Of a stretch of 52,455 bases of DNA, positions 13,810 through 25,800 are shown in pieces; the first letter of the stretch is position 1; each line of letters starts with the position of its first letter. The notes beneath the pieces were generated by a model. The model saw nothing but the letters and a program-made list of their open reading frames with translations. It was not told the DNA's origin and did no database searches. Source of the DNA: Macrostomum lignano (taxonomy: Eukaryota); assembly GCA_002269645.1 (NCBI GenBank), contig NIVC01004265.1, forward strand, positions 1 through 52,455, read 5' to 3'. The translations under genes were made by a program, and so were the position numbers.

Positions 13810-16800
13810 TTACTGCACTGAGCACACCTTGCTGCGGTTCTTCTTCAGCGACACCTGACTAGCCGTGAGCGTCGCCTCCGCGCCGTCGGTTGCTGCCGAC
13901 GCGCCATCCTGACGACGCGCCGAGGTGCGCCGCGGCTTTGAGGGTGGCTTCGCCGACGACAGCGCGGCCGCCTCCTCCTGGCCGATAAGCACGGAGGTCC
14001 GGCGGCGTTGAAGCCTTGCGCGACTGGCGGCGCCGCCTTCGACTCGATCCTTGGCCGTCTTGGCCGCCTTCTCCTGAGGAGTCAGATCCCGGTGTGAGAC
14101 TGTATGAGCTGAGATCCCGGTGTGAGATTGCATGAGCTGAGATCCCGGTGTGAGATTGCATGAGCTGAGATCCCGGTGTGAGATTGCATGAGCTGAGATC
14201 CCGGTGTGAGATTGCATGAGCTGAGATCCCGGTGTGAGATTGCATGAGCTGAGATCCCGGTGTGAGATTGCATGAGCTGAGATCCCGGTGTGAGATTGCA
14301 TGAGCTGAGATCCCGGTGTGAGACTGTATGAGCTGAGATCCCGGTGTGAGACTGTATGAGCTGAGATCCCGGTGTGAGATTGTATGAGCTGAGATCCCGG
14401 TGTAACGAGACAAACAACGAGATAATCACCTGCTCCTCCAAGTACTTCTTGTACTTTTCCAAATCGGCTTCCCGTTTCTGCTTGTTCGAAGTTGTCGACG
14501 ACGAGGCGATGACCCCGTCGAGAGCCTCTTTGAGCACCCGGTCGCCCTCGGTGACGACCTGTTGCAGCCGGACTCCGCCGGACTCGGCTGGCGGCAGCAC
14601 AGTCACCCGGCCGTTGCCTGAGCGCTGGTGCTCGGGGCAGAGCCACACCAGCTTGCCGCTGCCCAGCTGGCACTTTGCCAGACCCGACGCCTGCACCGAC
14701 TTGAGCCCTGCGGTTGCGGGTGATGGGGGGGACGGATTGTACCTAGGTGAGGTAGGAGAGTCTGTGAGAGGCTTGTGAGAGACTGTGAGGGGCCAGCGAG
14801 AGTCTGTGACGGGGCCAGCGAGAGTCTGTGAGGGGCCAGTGAGAGTCTGTGAGGGGCCAGGAAGTCTGCAGGGCGCCAGAAAGAGTGGAGAGATCAGTTG
14901 AGCCACAGAGAACGCGTGTTTGGACTTTAACTTGGAGAGTGACAGCTAAGCCAGTATGTACACGTATTCTCATTCATCCATAACGAATTCAGCTTAATAT
15001 TTTGTGCTCAAAATACAACTTTTAATATTCTAGCATTGTACGTTTCAGTCGGCATAAGTTTCAATAAAATTATTCCACAGCAGGGCTCAAAAACGAATTG
15101 GCCTCATTTGAAGGACATTAGGAAGTGCAAACTCCGTGTTTTATCCTTCCTAGTTTTTCCGCTGCTAAAAAGACGTCAAACGAGTGCAAAGTTGTAAGTG
15201 GCTTTTTCCGGGTTTGAAAAAAGAGCAGACCTCAGTGCACTGAATTCTGTTTATGGCCTATACTGGCCACTATTACATGTAGCAGGGGGATTTAGGGTCA
15301 TCAGTGAAGACACTGGGTCAGCAGTGAAGGCACTGGGTCAGCAGCGAAGGCACTGGGTCAGCAGTGAAGGCACTGGGTCAGCAGGAAAGACACTGGGTCA
15401 GCAGGAAAGACACTGGGTCAGCAGGAAAGACACTGGGTCAGCAGGAAAGACACTGGGTCAGCAGGAAAGAAACTGGGTCAGCAGGGAAGGCACTGAGTCA
15501 GCAGTGAAGGCACTGGGTCAGCAGTGAAGGCACTGAGTTAGTAGGAGAGACACTGAGTCAGCAGTGAGGACACTGAGTTAGTAGGAGAGACACTGAGTCA
15601 GCAGTGAAGGCACTGAGTTAGTAGGAGAGACACTGAGTCAGCAGTGAAGGCACTGAGTTAGTAGGAGAGACACTGAGTCAGCAGTGAAGGCACTGAGTTA
15701 GTAGGAGAGACACTGAGTCAGCAGTGAAGGCACTGAGTCAGCAGTGAAGGAACTGAGTTAGTAGGAGAGACACTGAGTCAGCAGTGAAGACACTGAGTCA
15801 GCAGTGAAAACACTGAGTTAGTAGGAGAGACACTGAGTCAGCAGTCAAGGCACTGAGTCAGCAGTGAAGACACTGAGTCAGCAGTGAAAACACTGAGTTA
15901 GTAGGAGAGACACTGAGTCAGCAGTCAAGGCACTGAGTCAGCAGTCAAGGCACTGAGTCAGCAGTGAAGGCACTGAGTTAGTAGGAGAGACACTGAGTCA
16001 GCAGTGAAGACACTGAGTCAGCAGTGAAGACACTGGGTCAGCAGTGAAGGCACTGAGTCAGCAGTGAAGGCACTGAGTTAGTAGGAGAGACACTGAGTCA
16101 GCAGTGAAGACACTGAGTCAGCAGTGAAGACACTGGGTCAGCAGTGAAGGCACTGAGTCAGCAGTGAAGGCACTGAGTCAGCAGTGAAGGCACTGAGTTA
16201 GTAAGGGAGACACTGAGTCAGCAGTGAAGGCACTGAGTCAGCAGTGAAGGCACTGAATTAGTAGGAGAGACACTGAGTCAGCAGTGAAGGCACTGAGTCA
16301 GCAGTGAAGACACTGGGTCAGCAGTGAAGGCACTGAGTTAGTAGGAGAGACACTGAGTCAGCAGTGAAGGCACTGAGTCAGCAGTGAAGACACTGAGTCA
16401 GCAGTGAAGGCACTGAGTCAGCAGTGAAGGCACTGAGTTAGTAGGAGAGACACTGAGTCAGCAGTGAAGGCACTGAGTCAGCAGTGAAGACACTGGGTCA
16501 GCAGTGAAGGCACTGAGTTAGTAGGAGAGACACTGAGTCAGCAGTGAAGACACTGAGTCAGCAGTGAAGACACTGAGTCAGCAGTGAAGACACTGAGTCA
16601 GCAGTGAAGGAACTGGGTCAGCTCACCTTCGTGCCGCAGGAAGAGGTTCTGCATGTTATGGTAGGCCTCAACGAACGACTGCGAGGTTGACGACGCCTCC
16701 GACCTGATCAGCTGCATGAAGTCGTCACTGTCGTCGGCAGCTGCGCCGCTTCCAGTGCCGCCTTCGCCGCCTGCAGCCGTTCCGCCGCTGCCACCGCTGC

Positions 16801-19800
16801 TACCGCCGCCTCCGCCGCTGCCAGTCGCCGCAGCTCCGCCACCTGCTGCTCCGCGCTGCTCGTCCAGACAGTTGAGCGGAATCCCGCTGGTCTGCAGCAG
16901 AGAGTAAATTCGCAACAGGTAGGCGGAGGTGGAGGACAGCATCAGGGCCCGCGACTCCGACGACATGCCGTGCAACTCGATGCCCGGACCGTGCACGTGC
17001 CAGCCCTGCGGAGCGGTTGTTTGGAATGTAAGCTATCAAAATGCTGTCTGCATGCTGTGAACTGTGTTGATGCGTCTACGTTGGTTATTGCTCACCTGCT
17101 CATTTTCGCATAGAACTTTCATCAGATCCTGGAGTGCGGTAATTTGTGAGGGGTAAAATAGGTGAGCAACTTACGGTGCTAGTTGCCTTTTTCATCAACC
17201 CTCAATGCCTTCCGAATCTACTTGCCTTGCCACTCACCCATCAAAGCTGAGTGTACCTGTCAATCATCCATCAAAGCTGAGTGTACCTGTCAATCACCCA
17301 TCAAAGCTAAGTGTACCTGTCAATCACCCATCAAAGCTACCTTCCCGTCAACCGTCAAAGCCTCACCAGCTGCCTGTCCGCACTGTCCTCGCCGGCCGAG
17401 CTCTCAGCAAAGGCGGCCACATCCGCAAAGTCCAGCACCAGCAGCCGCGGCATTTCGTGGTGCTGCTGGAACTGCTTTAAGAACCGGCGCTGCGCCAGCT
17501 CCGCCTCCTCGCGGAACAGGCCCCGCCTCGTGAGCGGGCCGGAACTCGTTGCCGTCGCAGCCGCGGCCGCTGACGCCTTGGACTTTGATCCGCGAGCCTC
17601 TTCCAATTCTTCCTTTTTCTTCTTTTTCTGCTCCTCTAGCAGCTTCTTCAACCGTTCGATCAGCCGCTCGAAGTGCGACTCCTTGACCTGCTGGCGAAAG
17701 TCGAACTCGTCCAGACCGATGCTCAGCATGCCGAGTTCCTGGTCTTGAAGTCCAACGACTCGCCAACGATTGCCATCACTACCGGCTTGCGCAGGTTGCG
17801 ACAGGCAAAGCGAAACTCCATCATGCAGTTGGCGCTGCGCTGGTACTCGTTGCTGGCGAATGCGAGCACCACCGAGCACTGGCGAAGACCGTCGCTGATG
17901 TCTTCGAATAGGCTGCGCTGCAAAGTGTGGTGGATTGGGAAAGAGTGCAGATGTTCTGAGTCGTTAGCTAGTGTCAAGCAATACCAACCAACACCATCCA
18001 ACACCATCCAACACCATCCAACACCACCCAACACCATCCAACACCATCCAACACCACCCAACACCATCCAACACCACCCAACACCATCCAACACCATCAA
18101 ACACCATCCAACACCACCCAACACCATCCAACACCACCCAATACCATCCAACACCATCCAACACCACCCAACACCATCCAACACCATCCAACACCATCCA
18201 ACACCACCCAACACCATCCAACACCACCCAACACCATCCAACACCACCCAACACCACCCAACACCACCCAACACCACCCAACACCATCCAACACCATCCA
18301 ACACCATCCAACACCATCCAACACCATCCAACACCATCCAACACCACCCAACACCATCCAACACCACCCAACACCATCCAACACCATCCAACACCATCCA
18401 ACACCATCCAACACCATCCAACACCACCCAACACCACCCAACACCACCCAACACCACCCAACACCATCCAACACCACCCAACACCACCCAACACCACCCA
18501 ACACCATCCAACACCATCCAACACCATCCAACACCACCCAACACCATCCAACACCACCCAACACCATCTAACACCATCCAACACCATCCAACACCATCCA
18601 ACACCATCCAACACCATCCAACACCATCCAACACCACCCAACACCATCCAACACCACCCAACACCATCCAACACCATCCAACACCATCCAACACCATCCA
18701 ACACCATCCAACACCACCCAACACCACCCAACACCACCCAACACCATCCAACACCATCCAACACCACCCAACACCACCCAACACCATCCAACACCATCCA
18801 ACACCATCCAACACCATCCAACACCATCCAACACCATCCAACACCACCCAACACCACCCAACACCATCCAACACCACCCAACACCATCCAACACCATCCA
18901 ACACCATCCAACACCATCCAACACCATCCAACACCACCCAACACCACCCAACACCACCTAACACCATCCAACACCATCCAACACCATCCAACACCATCCA
19001 ACACCATCCAACACCACCCAACACCATCTAACACCATCCAACACCAAAAAATTATCCAACACCATCCAACACCATCCAACACCATCCAACACCATCCAAC
19101 ACCATCTAACACCACCCAACACCATCCAACACCACCCAACACCACCCAACACCACCCAACACCACCCAACACCACCCAACACCAGCCAACACCAGCCAAC
19201 ACCACCCAACACCACCCAACACCACCCAACATCACCCAACACCATCCAACATCATCCAACACCAAACCAAAAACAGACGGGCACACAGACAGCTGTTCAG
19301 GTCTTACAGCGCCGATATCCTTGACGTCCAGCCAGCAGTGGATGCCCTTTTCCTGTAGGCGGGCGGCCACTTTCCGAGGATCGCTATCCGGGCAGCCCAA
19401 CACGCTGTTCCGCGTCCCCTTAGAGGCGGCATCGTGCGAGTTTGCCCAGCAGTAGGAGATGAAGACGTCCTTCCCAAGGAGGTCCGATTCTGGCTGGCGC
19501 GCGGTTGCCACTGCGGCCTTGGCGTCGCTGATCAACTCGGTGAACTTTGACGCCAGGACGTCTTTCTTGTTGGTAGTGAAGTCAATGTACTTGTCCGTAC
19601 CAACCAGGAAGGCCACTTCGTTGCTGTCACGCCAGGACTTGTCAGCGCCGACGCTGATAAAGATCATTCGCTTGCGAAGAATGTTCTTTGCGTTGGTGAA
19701 CATGCCGCGACAGGCCTCGTCATCGGCGAACGCCTTCGATAGGAACACCAGCAACACTTTGCAGTCCTTTATTTGCAGCATCCGGTCTTCCGGCATGTCC

Positions 19801-22800
19801 TGGTCGGTTGAATAGCTGCGGGAGGTAGCGAGCGGCACTTGGCTTGTGTCCGAGACTGGAGCACTGGTCTTATGCCTGAGACAGGGAAACTGGGCTTGTG
19901 TCCGAGACTGGAGCACTGGCCTTATGCCTGAGACAGGGAAACTGGGCTTGTGTCTGAGACTGGAGCACTGGTCTTATGCCTGAGACAGGGAAACTGAGCT
20001 TGTGTTCGAAACTCACCACGTCAGCCCCTCGGCCTCCATCTTCTGCACCACGATCTCGGGGTTGATTAGGCGGGCCATCTCGTCGGCGCTGCCGGGGTCA
20101 TCGGGATAGTCAGCCGACGAGAACAGCAGGCAAAGGTCGCGCGTCATCTCCAGACGCACGCGACGCAGCTGCAGCAGGCTCTGCTCCAGCTGGTGGTCGA
20201 AGTCGGCGGTGCTAACCGGGGGCACAGCCGCGAGCAGCTGGCTGAGATTGAGGATATGAAACTCCTGCGAGCACTGGAGGAAGGCCACTTGGCGTGAGCT
20301 GGCCTTGCGCACGGTTGCTACCCGGATAAGGCTGATCTCAGCCTCAGTGGCGCCTGGGGCGTTCAGGCACTCCGGACAGGGTAGAATCTCTTCGTAGTGG
20401 ACGCCCTGGAATGTCTCCTTGATGAGCCCGTCGATAACGTCGCGAATCATGAATAGCACGTTCTCAGGCTTGGGGCCGAACACGGAGATGCTCAGTCGCT
20501 GCTTGCTAAAGTTGAAAGAGTGGTGATTTATAGACTCGATTTTCGAATTAATCACCTTTGAAAATCCATAAAAAATATGCAGATAAAATTAGGCAAGACG
20601 CTCACTCGTCCATCACGATGACAGCCTCGTGGTTGTTCTTTCGCAGCAGCGAGCCCCTCTTCCACACCGTGGCGCTGTCTGTGAACTCGAACAGGCGCAC
20701 TTGGGCTCGGTTGAACAGTCCGGCTGGCAGGTACTCGAACTGGTAGATAAACCTGGCAAGGCTGCAGTTGCTGCCCTCAGCAGTTGGAGGCGGAAATACG
20801 TACTGAAATCGGGAGATTGAACCAATTAATTGTTTGAGTGCTGAGAAAAATGGAAATGTTATGCAGATTTGCATCCATGTTGTCATGGAGACTGCACACT
20901 CACACTTGGCGTCTCCTCCGGCAGCAGACAGGGCACCATGTTGCAGTCGTCCTGCATCGGATACGTCAAGTCGAAAGCTTCGGTCAGTTTCAACAGCCAG
21001 TCGTGCAGTGCCGGATCGAAGTTCGCCCACACGATTGGCACGTCCGACTTCTTGAGTTGGCCTTTCTGTAGATTCGAAAAAATGGGCGAACTGGTGTAAG
21101 CCATTGGGGCTTGGTTAGGGTGCGTGTACATTGGGGCTGAGAGCGACTGTTGATGATTGGTCAGGGTGCGTGTACATTGGGGCTGAGAGCGACTGTTGAT
21201 GATTGGTCAGGGTGCGTGTACATTGGGGCTGAGAGCGACTGTTGAGGATCGGTCAGGGTGCGTGTACATTGGGCCTGAGAGCGACTGTTGATGATTGGTC
21301 AGGGTGCGTGTACATTGGGGCTGAGAGCGACTGTTGAGGATCGGTCAGGGTGCGTGTACATTGGGCCTGAGAGCGACTGTTGATGATTGGTCAGGGTGCG
21401 TGTACATTGGGGCTGAGAGCGACTGTTGAGGATCGGTCAGGGTGCGTGTACATTGGGGCTGAGAGCGACTGTTGATGATTGGTCAGGGTGCGTGTACATT
21501 GGGGCTGAGAGCGACTGTTGATGATTGGTCAGGGTGCGTGTACATTGGGGCTGAGAGCGACTGTTGATGATTGGTCAGGGTGCGTGTACATTGGGGCTAA
21601 GAGCGACTGTTGATGATTGGTCAGGGTGCGTGTACACTGGGGCTGAGAGCGACTGTTGACGATTGGTCAGTGTGCGTGTACATTGGGGCTGAGAGCGACT
21701 GTTGATGATTGGTCAGTGTGCGTGTACACTGGGGCTGAGAGCGACTGTTGATGATTGGTCAGGGTGCGTGTACATTGGGGCTGAGAGTGACTGTTGATGA
21801 TTGGTCAGTGTGCGTGTACATTGGGGCTGAGAGCGACTGTTGATGATTGGTCAGGGTGCGTGTACATTGGGGCTGAGAGCGACTGTTGATGATTGGTCAG
21901 GGTGCGTGTACATTGGGGCTGAGAGCGACTGTTGATGATTGGTCAGGGTGCGTGTACACTGGGGCTGAGAGCGACTGTTGACGATTGGTCAGGGTGCGTG
22001 TACATTGGGGATGAGAGCGACTGTAGAGGCTTGGTAAGGGTGCATTGAGGTAAGTGGCTAGCGTTTTGGTTGGAGCGGTTTTCGCAAACACATTAAGACG
22101 ATACTTAAGACATTGTAAGACACATTAAGATGTTAATGCTAGGGGTACCTGAATATGCGAATTTTTCACGCTAACAACGCAGGCCATCACGTCAACAATC
22201 CATTTCGGATTGATGACCACCTTCTGGCGGAGGAACTCGGTGTCGAAGTACTGAATCGAGCCAATGTCGTTTAGAAAGTTCACCGCCTGTCGCACGTGCT
22301 TGTCTTCGTAGAGGCCCTGCGCCTGGGCGATGCCGCTGACGACGTCCCAGTCCAGTATGTTGAGCCGCTCCCTGGTTCGCTTCTCCATCAGTCGCTCCTC
22401 AAAGTCCAGAAACAGTCTGGGCACGCTTTCGTTCATGTAGGGCTGGCTGAGGGCCACCTTCACCAGCTCCTTGCGCAACTCGGAGATGCCAGCGCCCGTG
22501 TGCGATGACACCTGGTGGAAGTTGTATATCTGAGGGTAGCGCGCCTGAAAGGTGTCCTGCGGCAGATTGTCGCCCTTCTCCACCTGGTTGGGGTTCGGTT
22601 TTGAACGGTTCAATGCATTATTTGTTAGTATTATTAACCATACAGGATGGGTGCATGCTCGGATGTATGAGTTTTATATGGTAATTACTACTGTTCCCGT
22701 TAGAGTACATGTAGCGGATTGCTAAAGGTGGAGTAAGACGTTGATATGGTAGGTTAAGACGTTGATATGGTAGGTTAAGATGCTGATAGGGTAGGTTAAG

Positions 22801-25800
22801 ACGTTGATAGGGCCGATTAAGACGTCGATAGGACAGGTTAGGACGTCGATAGGGTCGATTAAGACGAGGTTAAGACGTTGATGGGGCCGATTAAGACGTC
22901 GATAGGGTCGATTAAGACGTCGATAGGGTCGATTAAGACGTCGATAGGGTCGATTAAGACGTTGATAGGGTAGGTTAGGACGTTGATCGAATGCAAGCAG
23001 TCGTAAATCAGGAGCAGCTCACCTGGTCTGAGTGCGTGCCAACAACAAGGATTGGCGCGTTTGGCGCGTGACTGCTGATCGAGCTGAGCCAGAAGTCCAA
23101 CCCAGCGTGCTCGTACCCTGTCCTGACCGTGTACAGCAGCAGGTAGACGGCCCGGTGCGTGAGGAAGAACTGGTGAGTGTTATAGTACACCTTCTGGCCG
23201 GCGAAATCCCAGGTGCTGAAGTTCAACGGCTGGCTACCGTCGCCAATATCGATGGTCCAGTCGCCGATGTCGATGCCGTCCGTGATCTCCTCACTGCCCA
23301 TGGCCGTGGTCTTGTTGTCCGGGTCACGGAGTGCGCGCAGCAGGCTGGTCTTGCCAACGCCGCCGAGTCCGACGAACATCAGCTTGGTGCGCTTGCACTC
23401 AACCTAGTTGGGGAGGGAGGGCGGCGCTGAGGGCTGCTTGCGGCCTGCTTGGGTTGTTGCATTGGGATTGTTGCATTGGGATTGTTGCATTGAGATTGTT
23501 GCATTGGGGTTGTTGCATTGGAGTTGTTGCATTAGGATTGTTGCATTGGGATTGTTGGATTGGGGTTGTTGGATCGGGTTGTTGGATTGGGGTTGTTGGA
23601 TCGGGTTGTTGGATTGGGGTTGTCTGATTGGGGTTGTTGCATTGGGGTTGTTGGATTGGGATTGTTGGATTGGGGTTGTTGGATTGGGGTTGTTGGATCG
23701 GGTTGTTGGATTGGGGTTGTTGCATTGGGGTTGTTGGATTGGGATTGTTGGATTGGGGTTGTTGGATCGGGTTGTTGCATTGGGGTTGTTGGATTGGGGT
23801 TGTTGGATCGGGTTGTTGGATTGGGGTTGTTGCATTGGGATTGTTGCATTGGGATTGTTGGATTGGGGTTGTTGGATCGGGTTGTTGGATTGGGGTTGTT
23901 GGATCGGGTTGTTGGATTGGGGTTGTTGGATTGGGGTTGTTGCATTGGGGTTGTTGGATTGGGATTATTGGATTGGGGTTGTTGGATCGGGTTGTTGCAT
24001 TGGGGTTGTTGGATTGGGGTTGTTGGATCGGGTTGTTGGATTGGGGTTGTTGCATTGGGATTGTTGCATTGGGATTGTTGGATTGGGGTTGTTGGATCGG
24101 GTTGTTGGATTGGGGTTGTTGGATCGGGTTGTTGGATTGGGGTTGTTGGATTGGGGTTGTTGCATTGGGGTTGTTGGATTGGGATTGTTGGATTGGGATT
24201 GTTGGATTGGGGTTGTTGGATCGGGTTGTTGGATTGGGGTTGTTGCATTGGGGTTGTTGGATTGGGATTGTTGGATTGGGGTTGTTGGATCGGGTTGTTG
24301 GATTGGGGTTGTTGGATTGGGGTTGTTGCATTGGGGTTGTTGGATTGGGATTGTTGGATTGGGGTTGTTGGATTGGGTTGTTGCATTGGGGTTGTTGGAT
24401 TGGGGTTGTTGGATTGGGTTGTTGCATTGGGTTGTTGGATTGGGTTGTTGGATTGGGTTGTTGGATTGGGTTGTTGGATTGGGGTTGTTGCATTGGGGTT
24501 GTTGGATTGGGATTGTTGCATTGGGGTTGTTGGATTGGGGCTGTTGCATTGGGGTTGTTGGATTGAAGTTGCTGGATTGGGGTTGTTGCATTGGGGTTGT
24601 TGCATTGGGGTTGTTGGATTGGGGTTGTTGGATTGGGGTTGTTGCATTGGGGTTGTTGGATCGAAGTTGCTGGATTGGGGTTTTTGAATTGGGGTTGTTG
24701 GATTGAAGTTGCTGGATTGGGGTTGTTGCATTGGGGTTGTTGGATTGAAGTTGCTGGATTGGGGTTGTTGCATTGGGGTTGTTGCATTGGGGTTGTTGGA
24801 TTGGGGTTGTTGGATTGGGGTTGTTGCATTGGGGTTTTTGGATCGAAGTTGCTAAATTGGGGTTTTTGAATTGGGGTTGTTGGATTGAAGTTGCTGGATT
24901 GGGGTTGTTGCATTGGGGTTGTTGGATTGAAGTTGCTGGATTGGGGTTTTGAATTGGGGTTGTTGGATTGAAGTTGCTGGATTGGGGTTGTTGCATTGGG
25001 GTTGTTGGATTGAAGTTGCTGGATTGGGGTTTTTGAATTGGGGTTGTTGGATTGAAGTTGCTGGATTGGGGTTGTTGCATTGGGGTTGTTGGATTGAAGT
25101 TGCTGGATTGGGGTTGTTGCATTGGGGTTGTTGGATTGAAGTTGCTGGATTGGGGCCGTTGGTTTGGGAATGTTTGAATGCGGTTGCTGGCTCCATCCGG
25201 GATTACAGTTTTTACCTGGTCGGATGCCAGGAATTTAAGGTAGCTGAGCAGTGCAGCGGAGCCTCTCTGCACCACCTCCAGCGGCGGGGTGCGCAGCGCT
25301 GGGCACCGCCCGACATCCACGTGATTGAGAGACGGCAGTTCGGCCAGACGAGGTGACAGGGACTCCAGCAGCGGGTTGCTGCTCAGCTGCAGAGACTGGA
25401 GCCGGCGCAGGCGCACAATGGCATCTGGGATGCGGCGGATGGCCTGGTAGTTCAGCTGCAGGGTCTTGAGGTTGGTCAGCTCAAACAGGCAGGGCGGCAA
25501 GCCTCCGAATTCGTCCTCGGCCGGAGCGTCGGCGCCAAGGCGCGGCACCTCCAGCACCAGGCGGGCCAGCGTGGCCGGCAGCGACTCGGACTGGGAGATG
25601 CTCGCCACCTGCGCGTCGGTGAGCAGCGCGCTGAAGTAGCGCTGCTGCTGCTCCTGCTGATCGGCTCCCGTTGCCATGGAAACGCCGCGCTGGGCGGTGA
25701 GAAACTTGTGCCCGTCTGTTACCTGCGAGTTCGGAAGGGATAAAAGCCCTGTAGGAACTCCATTATATGGGTAATCCCGATGGAAATCTCCGAAAGAAAT

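Noticed and set aside
17673-19455. 450-650 aa ORFs with QHHPTP or GVGWCW repeats
   Set aside because: The 10-bp intronic repeat is bounded by good splice sites (19308 donor, 17917 acceptor) that rejoin the TIR domain.
23399-25200. Mucin- or antigen-like QQPQSNNPN ORFs
   Set aside because: Intronic minisatellite between the LRR and Roc exons.
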